Below are positions 24,089 to 38,600 of a stretch of 63,420 nt of DNA, piece by piece. Source of the stretch: Negaprion brevirostris (taxonomy: Eukaryota); contig JARDVH010000073.1 in NCBI GenBank assembly GCA_030324005.1, positions 69,998,595-70,062,014 of the forward strand. Direction: 5' to 3'. The number at the start of each line of letters is the position of its first letter. Position 1 is the stretch's first letter. The position numbers and the translations under genes were made by a program. Below the pieces are notes generated by a model, which was not told the DNA's origin, did no database searches, and saw nothing but the letters and a program-made list of their open reading frames with translations.

Positions 24089-27000
24089 TCCCCGTTTAGT
24101 CACCTCACCCAGCTGTATGTCTGTATGCAATGATGCTCTGACAAAGTGTTAAATGAAACTTAATCATTTATTGGAAAGTCAGAACTGACAGTGTTCTTGC
24201 TGGCTTGGGCCTTTTATCTCGTATGCAGTTAAGTAATACTGACCAGCAAACACTCAGGATTGATTCCCTGTGTGACTGAGGATGCCAATACTACAACTGC
24301 CTTCTTTGAAAATAAAAGGAAATCTGTCAGGGTCCCTGCTCCTGAATACTATCCAGTCACCTTTAATGGAAATGTGTCTCAGCGTAACACAGATCCCCTC
24401 CCAGTTCAAATGCACTGCCATGCTCCCAGCAGAGCCTGACTCGGCTGAGATTGCAGAGGATGGCTGCTGTTATCCGCAGAACCTGAGGGTAGTTACTGGA
24501 GGCGGGTGGGTGGGTAGAAGAAGTTGTCAAATAACAAATAAATCCGAGGAGCTATATAAAAATCCAGGTCTGTACTTGTAACTAGGAATTTAGAAATGGA
24601 GTGACTCACTTGTTATAACGGATCATGGGCATCTGAATATGATACCATCAATTTAGCAATCGTGGAGTCGAGCCACATAATCACTATCAGTTCAATGGTG
24701 TTGTCAGCCTGATTTTGACCATGGTCAGGAGTACAATGTGCAGTAACATGCATACTATCAAGGAACCTACACACATTGTCAGTCATTCAGAAATTTCAGC
24801 TATTGCTTTTCCACCCTAATTACTAAAAGTTCGACCAATTTGCTTCTTGGTCTCCCAGTCTGCTGTAATACTATTCTCTGTAAGTTGTGAAAGATTCACC
24901 CTGCTTCTGTTTCATGTAAAGTACTGTCTTCTGTTTACTCACTGTCCCTACTTCAAGAATACAAAGGAACAAATTATGAATATTTTGAAGTGTCATGGAG
25001 GTAAGGTACTAAGGGTAGAGGTACAATGCTCCACAGCCTTGCCAGCATAAATCAATGAGTGGAATTTTCCAGATCAACTCCCCGAAAACATTTGAAAATG
25101 TTGAAAATCACAAATAAAAACAAACTCAACATTGCCAATCTGGAAAGATCTTGACAGAGAGAAAGAAATGGACAGCATTTGGACACGGCAATCCCTGGTG
25201 AGGTTATCCCAGTGCCCAAGGGGAAAAGGAAGGTAGTCAGGCCTAACCGGTTAGGAACAGAAGGTGAATGTAAGTGATGAAGGAGCATGGAATCATGCCA
25301 GGAATGACAGAAGTTTCACTCAGCTAGAGGAGAGCAATGGAATTACTGATTTAAAATATAAATAAAACAGTGTGGGACGATGGAGAAAACTCATTTAAAA
25401 AAATAAATTTAAAAATTGGTTCATGGAAGGTTAGGGAGGGATAGTGCAAACATATGAGTGGTTTGCAGAGTGAGTTCGATGACCTGAAATGACTCTTACT
25501 CAATCCTATCTTCCTACATCCCTAAGCCCCAATCAAAGAAAGGAATTATAGATAGAACAATGCAGTCCAGTCTCCCCTCCAATTGGAGGAAGACTTTCCT
25601 ACTTACCTGTCCTTCACTGAAAATGGTAACTCATGCTGAAGTACAACTCCAATGACAGCTTTTAATGTCTAACCCAGTGGTCAATGTTCATATGTAGCTT
25701 TGGGAAGTAGCCTTCAACAGACTCGTCAATTTAAGGCATCATTGTTAAGCTCATTTGTCCTCGTGTCTAATGCCCACACTTGCTCTCCCTGCAAAGGTAG
25801 TTAGATTGTGATCAGATGTGGGAATGCTGCTAAATTTTCTACTTTATATACCTGGGCCACTGTGCTGAATTAGGGAATGTTCCACTGTTGTCCCAGCTAA
25901 GATCAATCACTTACAGATTTGGGGTCTAAATATGGGAACTTTCTATGTTACTACGACCACCATGCCATCAGGAAGGCCTATAGCGTTGCAAGCTTGATTT
26001 GCTTCCATTCTACTGAATTTGTAATCTCAATTGAAAGAAGGAAAGTGCTTTTCATAATTGCAGGAGGAACCTATGCATTTTACAACCAAGTAGGTCATTT
26101 AAAACGTAGGAAACATAGTAACCAGTTTGCACTTAGTAAGGTCCCACACATGACAATGAGATAACAACCAAATATGTTGGTCTAAGTGATGCTGGTTGAG
26201 AGATAATGTTGGCTGGAATACTGGGAGAACTCCCTTACTCTTCAAATAGTGCCTTGGAATCATTCACATCAACTGTTTCAGTTTATCATCTCGTTTGAAA
26301 AATGGCGCTTTTAATTGTACTGGCATCAAGTGTCTCAAGTTAGATTTTCTGCTGACAATAGTCTTGAACCCACAACTTAAGAGGTGAGAGTGCTACGGTT
26401 GTCTGTTGTAGTATTGTCAGAAGGTTCAAAGTAGTGGATAGCTCTTCAAAAAGGAATCATTGCTCAATATTAAAGGGCGATATTGGCTCATCCATAAGAA
26501 ATGAATAATCGAGAAGCAGCAATTCAGCAGAAATATCACAATAATTGTTTCATATTTACAGTGTGAACTCTAACAAGATTCCAGTTGAAGACTTGCGCAT
26601 GGCACATCTATCTATCTGGAAAATTACCCTATATATAAAAAGCAGGCAAATCGAATCCAACCAATCACCACTCTATCAGACTATACCCAATCGTCAGGAA
26701 AATAATGAAACAAGTNNNNNNNNNNGCCATCAAGTGACACATACACACCAATAACCCACTCAATGAGACTTAATTAAGTTCAACAAGAATGATTCAGATT
26801 CAGGGCTTGTCACAGTATTGATCCCGGCACAGATACAAGAGTGGAATGCCAGCTGAGAGGCGAGAGTAGCTGCCTTCAACATTGAGGCTGCGTTCAACTA
26901 AATAGTACTTGGGAGTGCTGTAAAAACTGAGGTCGAAAAAGAAAACCCTTTAATATCAAAGTCATGCCAGAGGCAAAGGAAGATGGTTGGGATGGCTGGA

Positions 27001-27304
27001 GTCCAATTATCACAATCCCAGAATGTTCATACTTAGGCCAACCAGCTCAAAATCCTTCATTGATAATATTCACATGTCACATGGCATTCATTGACAATGC
27101 TGCAGCATTTTGCTGCATTCTTAAATCCCGCCAAAATGTAAGAGCCACATTAGCCAACAAGGGGGCAAGTAAAATTTGCAGCAACTAGGTGCTGAGTATT
27201 GCCATTTCCATAAGCAAAGCACCAACCACCTCTCTCTGACTTCAAAGCGCACCACCATCTAACATCCTTAACAGTACTGAGCTGAACTTCACCAACATTG
27301 GGGC

Positions 27305-27508
27305 GATAAAGGTAAAATCACCATAGTCCAAGATAACCTTTGAGGGTGAGAGCTGCCTGGTGTTGATGTAACCTGAGGATCACCACACCTCACGAAGGAT
27401 GAAAAGGCGGGGCCTTTATGAATAACCTCAGCTGGGACAGAAATTGAACCTACACTACTGGCGTTGCACTGCATCACAGACCAGCCATCCAAGTTAACCA
27501 ACTCCCCC
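27305..27508 (-). mobile_element. Short tRNA-derived SINE (MetaSINE-like)
   Basis: Homologous to 2826-3025. Confidence 0.6.
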
Positions 27509-28001
27509 CTGTGGCTATAAAAGCAGCACAGTGATCCAGTACTCAGCGAAGAGGGTCTCAATACCACAGCAACAACAATGCGCAAGTTGGTTGTGTGATG
27601 GGATGTTCACTTTCACTTTAGATGAGCAACACTCCAGAATCCTGACACCATCTAGAACAAAGAGTCTATCTGATCGGTATCCCTGCACTGAACTCCATCA
27701 CCCCAACCACCAGCATTCCGATNNNNNNNNNNNNNNNNNNNNNNNNNNNNNNNNNNNNNNNNNNNNNNNNNNNNNNNNNNNNNNNNNNNNNNNNNNNNNN
27801 NNNNNNNNNNNNNNNNNNNNNNCCAACCACCAGCATTCCGATATACTGCACTAGGATCTACTGCAGTCCTGTGATCACTGCCATTGTGTACACCAAGGGC
27901 AGCAACACTATTAGAGCATCCTTCACCTCACAGTTTTTTTGTCAAACATTATCTACACTTACACTTAGTACAAAACAGTTCTTGTGCTGTCACTTTGTAA
28001 A

Positions 28002-28291
28002 GGGGGCACAGTAGCACAAAAGTTAGTACTGATGCCTCAGTGTTCGGGATCTGAGTTTGATTCCCAGCTTGGGTCACTATCTGTGTGGAGTTTACACATT
28101 CTCCCCATGGCAGTGTGGGTTTCCTTTGGTGCTCCAGTTTCTTCCTACAGTCCAAAAGGTGTGCATTGGCCATGATAGATTCTCCCTCAGTGTACCCAAA
28201 CAGGCAATGGAGTGTGGCGATGAGGGGATTTTCACAGTAACTTCATTGCAGTTTTGAGGTAAGCCTACTTGTGACAATAATAATGAAGTTT
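28002..28291 (+). mobile_element. V-SINE, alternative-tail subfamily
   Basis: Homologous end to end with 9495-9788. Confidence 0.8.
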
Positions 28292-28523
28292 AAGATTCTG
28301 GAACCTCCTAATCACAGCATGATGAGAGCATCACGCCCACATCAGAGGCTGTTTATTTTTAATGGTTTAAGTGACACTACCTTTAATTGCATTTCCTGGG
28401 AGAGTATTTCTCACATTGAATACACAATTTGCAAAATGATTCAACTCTTGAGCATTTTGTGCCTATGTCCTCCTTTCCTCTTTTCTGAGCTGTTTTATAA
28501 CCTTACTCTGCTGTAGTTAGCAG

Positions 28524-28600
28524 GTAAACACAGTAAGAAGTCTCACAACACCAGGTTAAAGTCCAACAGGTTCATTTGTAGCAAATGCCACAAGCTTTTG
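28524..28600 (-). mobile_element. Isolated Penelope terminus fragment
   Basis: cagtaagaagtctcacaacaccaggttaaagtccaacagg matches 20371-20430. Confidence 0.8.
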
Positions 28601-29465
28601 TAATTACCACATAACCAGAAGGGGGCAGCAAAACCTTGAACTACCCAATTTAATCTGACACGTGAGTGGTCAGGTTCAGTGTCGGATTTTCTTCCCCGGT
28701 GCCCATAGAATAAAGTAGGGACATGTTGTGAAGAAGTTTGGCACCTCTGCTACAATTGAAAACTATTAAAACAAGGGGTCAGAAAACTGTTCAATTTGCC
28801 AAAATGCTCTCAACTTCCACCAGAAGAATTGACGTTCTTGACCATGGATCTCTCCCCTCCCACTGCGGTATAGTATGTACATAAATCATCCCCATCAAAG
28901 GCAATTTTTTGGAGTTCTGGATAGAGAAGGGGGGCAGAGCTTGTTACCTAAACTGCCAAAATCCAAAGGTGTGCAGGTTAGGTGATCTGGCCAGGTTAAA
29001 TTGCGTCTTAGAATCCCAGGATGTGTAGGTCGGGGATAGGGCCCAGGTGGGATTATTGTCAGTGCAGNNNNNNNNNNNNNNNNNNNNNNNNNNNNNNNNN
29101 NNNNNNNNNNNNNNNNNNNNNNNNNNNNNNNNNNNNNNNNNNNNNNNNCAAAAATGGTTCTAATTTTACTGGATAAATGGGTTTCCATTCCTATAGCACT
29201 TTTTCTGACCTTAGGGAGTCCCGCAATACTTTATGGTTAATGAAGTACTTTTGAAAAGAAGCCACAGTCTGTTACAGAGTGTCATTTTGAGTACAGAGTG
29301 TTGTTATAAGCCTTTTCCGGATGTAATTGGTGTCCGATGAGGGTCCTGAGCATGTGTGGGTTTTGACTGGCTTTTCAGTCTGCAAGAGGGTGACCTGTAA
29401 GTATAACTGATGCTCCTGTTTTCATAGTTATTACTGTTATTACTATTCTGCTGAGATACTGTGTG

Positions 29466-29762
29466 TAGAATCGTAGAATCCCTACAGTGCAGAAGGAAGC
29501 CATTTGGCTCTTCGCGTCCGCGCCAATCACAATCCCACCCAGGCCCTATTCCCATAACTCCACACATTTACTCCACTAATCCTCCAACATTAGGGTTAAT
29601 TTAGCATAGCTAATTAACCTAACCTGCACATGTGTGGACTGTGGGCGGAAACCCACACAGACACGGGGAGAATGTACAAATTCCACACAGACAGTGACCC
29701 AAGCTGGGAATTAAATCTGGGTCCCAGGCGCTGTGAGGCAACAATGCTAACCACTGTGCCCA
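29466..29762 (-). mobile_element. HE1-like V-SINE
   Basis: Head, core and tail as in the other copies. Confidence 0.85.
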
Positions 29763-29949
29763 TTATTGTTAAACTTTGNNNNNNNNNNNNNNNNNNNNNN
29801 NNNNNNNNNNNNNNNNNNNNNNNNNNNNNNNNNNNNNNNNNNNNNNNNNNNNNNNNNNNNNNNNNNNNNNNNNNNNNNGCTAACCACTGTGCCCATTATT
29901 GTTAAGCTTTGTTATTTATTTATATAAAGAAGTTTCTTCTTTGAAACAA

Positions 29950-30610
29950 TGCATTCAACTACGTTATTTGTGGTCTCAAGCCACCACGCAGTCATAATGT
30001 AGGAATCATATCAACCAATTTGTGCACTGCAAGGTCCCACAAACAGCAATGCAATACCTGATCAGGTAATGCATTCTGGTGGTATTGATTAAAGAATAAA
30101 CTTCGGCCAAGCCACCAACAAAAACTCCTTCCTGTTCTTCAAAATAGGACCATACAATATTTTACACATATCTGAGAGAACAATGTGGCTTTAGAATCAT
30201 AGAAGACCTGTTGTGCAGAATCAGGCCATTTGGCCCATCGGGCCTGCACCTAGAACAATCCCATCCAGGCCCTATCCCCGTAACCTCATGTATTTACCCT
30301 GCTAATCCCACTGACACTAAGGGTCAATTCAGCATGGCCAATCAAACTAACCTGCACATCTTTGGACTGTGAATGGAAACCAGAGGAAACCCACCATACG
30401 CGGGGATAACGTGTACATTCCACACACATTGTTACCGAAGGTTGCAATTGAACCTGAGTCCTTGATTTAATATCTCATCTGAAAGTTAGCACCTTCCTCA
30501 TTGTTGCATTGCTTGCCTAGATTTAGTTTTCAAATGTCACAAGTGGACATGAGCCCACAACCTTGTTAACTCAGAGGCAGCAGAGATACAACTGAGCTGT
30601 GACTGATACC
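29950..30610 (-). mobile_element. Old DeuSINE-like element with nested V-SINE (30191-30462)
   Basis: Antisense homology to 32235-32890. The V-SINE splits the Deu core. Confidence 0.6.
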
Positions 30611-31691
30611 AAACACAGACTTTTTTCCTCGGATGAGACGTCACATTACAACAAATTTTATCCTTGCCTCACAGGTTAAAAAAAGATATAACTCCTGGCG
30701 TTAATTAAAATAAATTGAGGAATTAATTCTGACTGTATTGAAGACATCCTCACTGTACGGTAATTGTTGTAGCGTAGGTCAGCTTGAAGGAAACAGAAAG
30801 GAAACCAATATAAATATTGATACAATCTGGGTTCCGCGATCTTGATAGATTGTGACCAAATATTGAAAAGCTATTTCTGTGAAGTCAGTCAGGTCTCACT
30901 GGCCTTGATATTACTCTGTTCATTATTGGTGTACAAATTGGTTTAATGCATCACTTTCAACACAGCAGATGGAGAAATCCAATATGTTCCCTAATGTTGC
31001 ACAGCGTGTTTTCAGGTCCATTTTTGAGTACGATTTCGGCACAGCATTCCGCTGATTACAGCTAGTGTTTCACTGTTCTCCCACATTCTGCACACAGCAT
31101 TCAACTGCTGGCGTAATCCTTCCCTCATATTTTGGACTTGTATCAGAACATGATTCAGTCTGACAGAAGCACAACCTTGAACTGAGTGGAATGACCTCAT
31201 GTTGGACATGGCAGCCAATGCCACATTGCTCATGCCAGTCTGTGTACTATTAAGCCGGTGTGAAGAGAGCAGTAGGACATTCACAGGGAGATAATGAATT
31301 CATTGTGGCCTGGGGCTCACAGGTTCTTGTTTGCAATTTAAGAGGCATTGTGGTCCACCCAGACATGAGTAATAGGTAATGGTGTCATCATCCAGCATGA
31401 CTCATCCTGCAAACCTACAGTCAGGATTTATCATGCTTTCAACCACAAACATATGGCAACGAGTAATTTCCACGCTTGACACAAATTTAGCTTAAGTTTC
31501 GTCACCAAATAATCAATTAATAATCAATTAATAATCCGATGCTGCTCAGGCAGAAATATAAAGAAAGAATGAACTTGCATTTTATACAATGCATTTCATG
31601 ATCTCAGGATATTTTACAGACAGCGAAGTATGGTTTCCTATTTTTGTTAGAAGCAGTGGCAGCTAATCTGCAGTACAAGGTCCTACAAATA

Positions 31692-31860
31692 GCAGAGGTG
31701 TTGGCATTGAACTGGGGTGGGCACACTGAGAAGTTTCACAACACCAGGTTAAAGGTTTATTTGGAATTGTAAGCTTTCGGAGCGCTGCTCCTTCATCAGG
31801 TGAGTGATTCCAAATAAACCTGTTGGGCTTTAACATGGCCTTGTGAGACTTCTTACTGTA
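31692..31860 (-). mobile_element. Penelope-derived fold-back mini-element carrying a hammerhead core (31767-31803)
   Basis: Inverted Penelope termini flank minus-strand TCAC-CTGATGA-A-GGAGC-AGC-GCTCC-GAAA-GCTT. Inserted in a DeuSINE. Confidence 0.75.
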
Positions 31861-32234
31861 CATATAGCAATAACATAATGGCCAGGTAATCTATTGTTTA
31901 ATAATATTGGTTGAAGGATGGATAGTGGTCAGTATATAGGGGGAAACTATTCTGCTCTTGGAAGCATAGATCTAGTAGCAGGAGTAGACTGTTCAGCCCT
32001 TCAAGCCTGATCCATCATTCATTTTAATCATGGCTGATCCTCTATCCTCGACAATAGGACCCTGGGATCTTTTGTGTTCACTCAAAGGACTCGGTTTACA
32101 GAAGGAAAAGACATTCCTGTCTGTAAATTGGTTCACTGGTCTAAAATGCATATGTCGCCCGAATGAGGGTCCTATTCCTGAACTAAAGATAAGAAATGTG
32201 ATTGAATTATTCTATACTGAAAAACTTCAGTGTC

Positions 32235-32895
32235 AGCGTGGGCTCGGCAGTGACACTTGCACTCTGGGTCTGAAGGTCGTAGGTTCACAGCCTCAATCTC
32301 AAAATTCATGCACATAATCTATGCTGATACCGATACTGTACCGAGAAAGTGCTGCCCTGTCAGAGGTGACACTAAACTGAGACCTTGACTGTCCTCTCAG
32401 TTGAACATGAAGAATTTTACAGCATTATTTGGAGAGGTGGCAATTCCTCTGGTGTACTGGTCAATGTTTATCCTTCAAACAAGTAACAGTCTGGTCCCAG
32501 GCAGCATGGTAGTGCAGTGGTTAGATCATAGAACCCTANNNNNNNNNNNNNNNNNNNNNNNNNNNNNNNNNNNNNNNNNNNNNNNNNNNNNNNNNNNNNN
32601 NNNNNNNNNNNNNNNNNNNNNNNNNNNNNNNNNNNNNNNNNNNNNNNNNNNNNNNNNNNNNNNNNNNNNNNNNNNNNNNNNNNNNNNNNNNNNNNNNTTG
32701 TGGTTGGTGCAGACTTGATGGGCCAAATGGCTTCCTTCTGCACCATATGGATTCTAAGATTCATTTAATTCAATACTCCTTGTGGAATATTGCTGTGTGC
32801 ATTTTGGACTCCATGTTTCTTTCATTACAGAGAGTGGCAACACTTCAAAAATACATCATTGCTGTAAAGCACTATGAGAGGTCCTGTGGTTCAGG
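32235..32895 (+). mobile_element. DeuSINE (SacSINE1/AmnSINE-like) with nested V-SINE pieces and a gap
   Basis: tRNA-like head; core gtgctgccctgtcagaggtg...taaactgagacc...ctctcag...ggtgtactggtcaatgtttatccttcaa; L2-type tail acacttcaaaaatacatcattgctgtaaagcact. Confidence 0.65.
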
Positions 32896-33239
32896 TTCTT
32901 TTTTCCTGTGAGAGGAGGTTATTGAATATAACCAGAAGGTGGATTAATCCAAAAGGGGTATACTGTGCTTTATGGAACCTTCCTAATCCTAAATTCTNNN
33001 NNNNNNNAATCTGCTGAACCCAATGCAATAGGATGACAGCAACAGGTGACATCATGAAACCTGAGACTGCTGTTCCAGTGGTTTGTGCAATTCATTTTAA
33101 ATCAAACAACTAGAAACATCCTTCCATCTTTTCAAGCTTTTAAGTACATCATTTATGGAGATGTGTGCTGTGGATATTCCTACTTCATCTCACAATTACT
33201 GTCATTTAGTGAAAGCCTATTAGGATTGTTTGTGCAGTG

Positions 33240-33760
33240 TGGCATAATAGCACAGTGGTTAGCACTACTGCTTCACAGCTCCAGGGACCTGGATTTGATT
33301 CCCAGTTTGGGTCGCTGTCTGTGTGGAGTTTGCACATTCTCCTCTTATGTGCGTGGGTTTCCTCTGGGTGCTCCAGTTTCCTCCTACAGTCCANNNNNNN
33401 NNNNNNNNNNNNNNNNNNNNNNNNNNNNNNNNNNNNNNNNNNNNNNNNNNNNNNNNNNNNNNNNNNNNNNNNNNNNNNNNNNNNNNNNNNNNNGGATTTG
33501 GGCCGGTGTCTGCAGGAGTTTGCACATTCTCCCCGTGATTGCGTGGGTTTTCTCCGGTTTCCTCCCACATCCCAAAAATCATGCTCTTAGGCTGATTGGT
33601 GTAACAAGTTGTCCCTAAATTAGTCTTCCCTCAATCTTCCCCAATAGGTGTAGACAAAGGTCATGGTTAGAGGAGGGCACTCATAATGTTAAAATGGCGG
33701 CGCGGGCTCGTTAGGCCGAAGGGCCTGTTTCCCATGCTGTGTTGTTCTTTGTTCTTTGTA
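33240..33760 (+). mobile_element. V-SINE copies either side of a gap
   Basis: Head and core at 33240-33393; a second core with CR1-type tail at 33494-33757. Confidence 0.75.
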
Positions 33761-33890
33761 CCACATTTTTCAACGATTGAATTCCAGGGTGTAAAGGAGA
33801 ATTAGGCTGGTGAAATAAAATGTTTTCCTCAGTAAGGCATTAACCCAGTACTATTGAATAAAGCAAAGAGCTGGTACAGGCAGAAGAGCT

Positions 33891-34202
33891 TATAGAATCC
33901 CTACAACACAGAAAGAGGCCATTTGGCCCAAAAAGTCTATACCAACCACAATCCCACCCAGGCCTTATTCCTGTAACCCCACATATTTACCCTATTTATG
34001 CCCTTGATACTAGGGTCAGTTTAGCATGACCGATCAACCTCACCTGCACACCTTTGGGCTGTGGGAGGAAACTGCAGCACCCTGAGGAAACCCACGCAGA
34101 CCCAGGGAGAATGTGCAATCTCCACCCTGACAATGACCTGAGGCTAGAATCGAATCCAGATGCCTGGCACTGTGAGGCAACAATGCTAACCACTGTGCCA
34201 CC
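33891..34202 (-). mobile_element. HE1-like V-SINE
   Basis: Head, core and tail as in the other copies. Confidence 0.85.
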
Positions 34203-34374
34203 CATTAAGATTAAGCATCCTTCTATGCTGTATAATTTTACAGCTGTGCAGTACAATGTGGTAAACGAAGGATGGCTGCAACTGCAGAAGGTACAGACTT
34301 TGAAAATAAATTAACATGGGGACAAATGTAAAAAAGAAACAACCTGCTTTTATAAATAAATATCAAAAAGATGC

Positions 34375-35035
34375 TGAGAGAAGGTAGTCAAGAAGGCATA
34401 TGGCATGCTTGCCTTCATCGGTCAGGGCACTGATTTTGAAAACTGGCAAGTCATGGTGCAGCATTATAGAACGTAAGTTAGGCTGCACTTGGAATATAGT
34501 GTTCAATTCTGGTCGCCACACTACCAGAAGGATGTGGCGGCTTTGGAGGGGGTACAAAAAAGAATTACCAGGATGGTGCCTAATATGGAGGGCACTAGCT
34601 ATGAGGAGAGGTTGGAGAAACTTGGTTTGTTCTCACTGGAACGACGGAGGTTGAGGGGGCGACCTGATAAAAGTCTACAAGACTATGAGAGGCATGGACA
34701 GAGTGAATAGTCAGAAGATTTTTCCCAGAGTGGAAGAGTCAATTATTAGGGGGCACAGGTTTAAGGTGTGAGGGACAAGGTTTAAGGGAGATGTATGGGG
34801 CAGATTTTTTACACAGTGAGTGGTGGATGCCTGGAACTCATTGCTGGGGGAGGTAGTGGCAGTGGATACGGTAATGACTTTCAAGGGCCGTCTTGACAAG
34901 TACGTAAATAGGATGGGAATAGAGGGATATGGTCCCCAGAAGGGTAGGAGATTTTAGACAAATCGTGCAGCACGGTCGGTGCAGGCTTAGAGAGCCGAAG
35001 GGCCTGTTCCTGTGCTGTAATTTTCTTTGCTTTTG
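34375..35035 (+). mobile_element. CR1/HER1-like LINE, 5'-truncated
   Basis: [30 protein letters not shown]...[21 protein letters not shown]; tail gccgaagggcctgttcctgtgctgta is shared with V-SINE tails. Confidence 0.9.
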
Positions 35036-35639
35036 TTGTTTGTAATGCCTTCTGGTTTTGGATAGCTGAAAATTGTGTGGAGTTTGCTGTTATGGTCTTT
35101 GGTTAATATCTGAATATTTAGTGTGATATTTAAGAATTATGTCATTCTTTTACAGCAACTGAAAATGTTGCATTACAGCAGTTGAAAGCTAAACAAGGTG
35201 TTCATTTGTCTGGATGCAAGCCGACCAGAAGGTACAAGTTCTGTATTTTGACACAATGCATCATTCAGACATAATCAGAGAAAAAAAGGCCCAAAGAACT
35301 GTCCCCATCCCATATCCTTCCCTCATATTGGTATTACAATAGCACCCAAATACCCCAGAGGTTATAATTATAACATTAGGCCCTTAATCCCAAAGGTTAA
35401 AATGACTATATTAGCTCCTATATCTCAAAGGTTACAAATGGCTACATGATTCGAAAGGTTAAAATTATGACATTAACCCCTAGATCTCAAAAGTGGAAGC
35501 ACAAGATTACCAGGAGAAAAGAAAGCCCAGCTCCTTAGCAAGCAGCTAAGAACTATTTAGCTCCTAGCCTTTGTATAAATCCCAGCAGCTGTAATTATTT
35601 GGAGACGAGTATATCAGACATGGAAGGACACAAAGTTAA

Positions 35640-38600
35640 AATGTCTATCCATTTATTTATTACACCACTTTTCAAATACAAAAAAGCACCATAATACAGC
35701 ATTCAATAAATAGAGCTAGTAACAGAAATTGAAGTTTCTTCATTACACTTGGTAACAATATCAAATACTTCACAATGTAAAATGCCAGCAAAATGATGCA
35801 TCAATCACACAGGGTAAAGGCTACGATACACAACAGACTGAAAAAATATAATAAAAAGTTTGGGTTGAAACAAGATTGAAACAAAAAGGGACAACCAAAG
35901 GAAAAGTATCAAATGTCATTATAATAAATATTTAGTCTATACTATTTGCTTTTTCTGATTTGCATCTCTTATCGTAGGTTATTATGACAGGAAGTTGGAG
36001 TACTTCTTAAATTCAAGCCAGTTCTGGTTGGAAAAAAAAGTTGCAGGGACACAATGTTCAGGGGATTTATCGACTGGAGTGGGGCAAGATGTGGGGTGGT
36101 GAGAGATGACAAGGCTTCCAATTGAGGACAGCAGTATAACATCTGTCACCTTGCCCCCAATAACAACAGGATGTTTTTAGTTTGGTCAATGCATGTGACT
36201 GATACCCCTCTTCAATAATACTTCGCACTTCCTCAAAAGGAAATGGATGGCCAAGGTGCAGAGGGTGACTCTGCATCTATTGATGGTTTGAAAGTGACTG
36301 ACAGGAGCCAAGTGTCCTCATCTACAACTCCAGAGCAGAACTCATAATGCCAGAGAGCATGAAATAGAATGTGAACAAAGAGACAATCTTTCAGTATCAT
36401 TTGTATGTTTTTATAAAAGGCTGCAAACTGCCAAGATAAGAAATAAAGGTCAATAATCTCAGAAGTAAAGCTCCATTAAGAGGAAAATTATTTATCTTAT
36501 TATCTGTAAATTGTGCTCAAATGCAACATTGTGTCATTTTGATGGCAGGTCACCATGACGACAATGAAATGTGGTTCTTTCCCCACCAACCCCACTGCAA
36601 AACATCATCATACATCTTTCAGCATGAAAGGATCAACAACTTCTAACTGGCCATCAGAGGTACCCAATCTCATCCATTTCATGTGCCTAAGCCAGTTAAT
36701 CATTTTCCTTTTCACCTGTTTATCGAGTTCCTTCTTAAGCACTGCGGTTGTCTCCTTCGATATTCACTTCTGGTGATAAATTCCATATTCAACTGAACCT
36801 TTAAGATTCTTCTAAACTCCTTTTCATACTTCTATTAATGATAAATTCTGCCCCATCATCAATTCACTGATCAAATCTACTCTTCACCATTTCAAGCTAT
36901 CATTTTGTGTTCGCTCAATATTTTGTAAATGAAGATTACTGTCCTTTAATAGACTATGAGCAGGTAAGAGTATTTTGAGATAACGGAGATGATTCTTCTC
37001 TGCTTTGAACTGGAGACCGTTCAGTTCCCAGTTACACAACAGAGGAAAGAAATGAACTGAGCCTGTGCTACTATGGTCCTTGCCCACTTTGCATTGCCCA
37101 GGATTTTCAAGGCTTTCCCATATTTAAAATGGCAGAGGTGTAATGTTATGTTCCAGCTCATTTTCCTCTTGCAATGTCAATGGGTTCCCATTAGCCAAAG
37201 CCCTGGGAGTAGGTCATGGGCATGCCAAGATTGGAATATAGAAACAGGAGTAAGCCAATCCTCTCCTCGAGCCTGTTCCACTGTTAAGTTAGACCATTTC
37301 TGACCTGTGCCACAACCCCATTTACCTGCTACAGAGGCTGATAAGAGCCAGGCAGTTAGAAGGAGCCTAGCAGGATGTTAATAATTTATTTGTGCATTAA
37401 ATATCCAAAAACATCTGCAGTGCTAGATGCCTTCCACATTCTGATTTTGGATAGTAGTCAGAATGGTTCCACAGCCAGCGGCCATAACCAGTTCTGCAGG
37501 CTTGTCAGGCCTATAGCACACCCTGATTCTGGTTCTGGGATACTGGCAGTGGAGCATGGTCTTCCTGGAACACAGCCACGTGAGCTGGTCCCAGAACTGC
37601 ACGGCAGGAAGTACAAAACATTAGCCACAAAAACTTACAAAATGACCTGCAAATCCACCCCCCCGCTCCCCCCCCACCACCGCGCACCCATGGGTAAAAA
37701 TAAACAAAATTACTTCAGTCAGGCTCTGTCTGAATGTTGGAACAGGTTTGAGGAGTCAAATGGCCTACTCATATTCCTACTTTCCCTGAACACCTTCACT
37801 AAATCAGATTGTAAAAGGGGACCCAGAAATCAATATATTTTTAAGAATTTGCTTGGGTTGGTGCTATAATTTATGTTAATAAGAAGAACATAATTGTGAA
37901 GTTAGAATGATAGGTGGATAAAACAAGGTGCATTGTATTACACTTTGCTCAGCAGAGTCCATGAAATGTGATTATTCCATATATAAGCTGATTTAATAGT
38001 GTAGATAAAAAATGGGATGTAAGGGTTGTGTCACTACTAGTGATGTTACCTATCTGATTCAGTAAGGGACTGGACTTTAGTAGTGCAATGTCAACACAAT
38101 TCACAATAAGTCCATTGACTTTACTACCATGTGCTATCAGAAAACCTCTCACAAAATCAAATTTGATTACCTTATCTATGGCTATTAACTGTAGGTGACT
38201 TGTTTTTGCTCCTGCAGGATTTAACATACCACCCTTGACAAAAGGGTGTAAGACTAATTTTCTTTCAGCATTTTTAATGGTGGCATCTCTCCCCTTCTTC
38301 CTGACCCTCAAAAGAAAAAGGAGGAACATTCGCCGGATGCCATCAGCGTTCCTACAGCTAGCCGGCAGAATGTGCTCGAGGTTGCTCAGGTATGACTGCT
38401 CCCTCCTTCACCCCCCCACCCAGCACCACTCCATGCAAGGAGACACTGTCATTTCTCTGGGTAGTTTCACCACTTAATGCAGGTCAAAGCAAGAGCTGAG
38501 CAGCATGGGGCTTTATCCTATGACAATCCCCTCTCCACAGTACCATGCTATCTTCATACCTCCCTCTTGCCGAATGACTTGGTGCTCATGAACTGCAATT

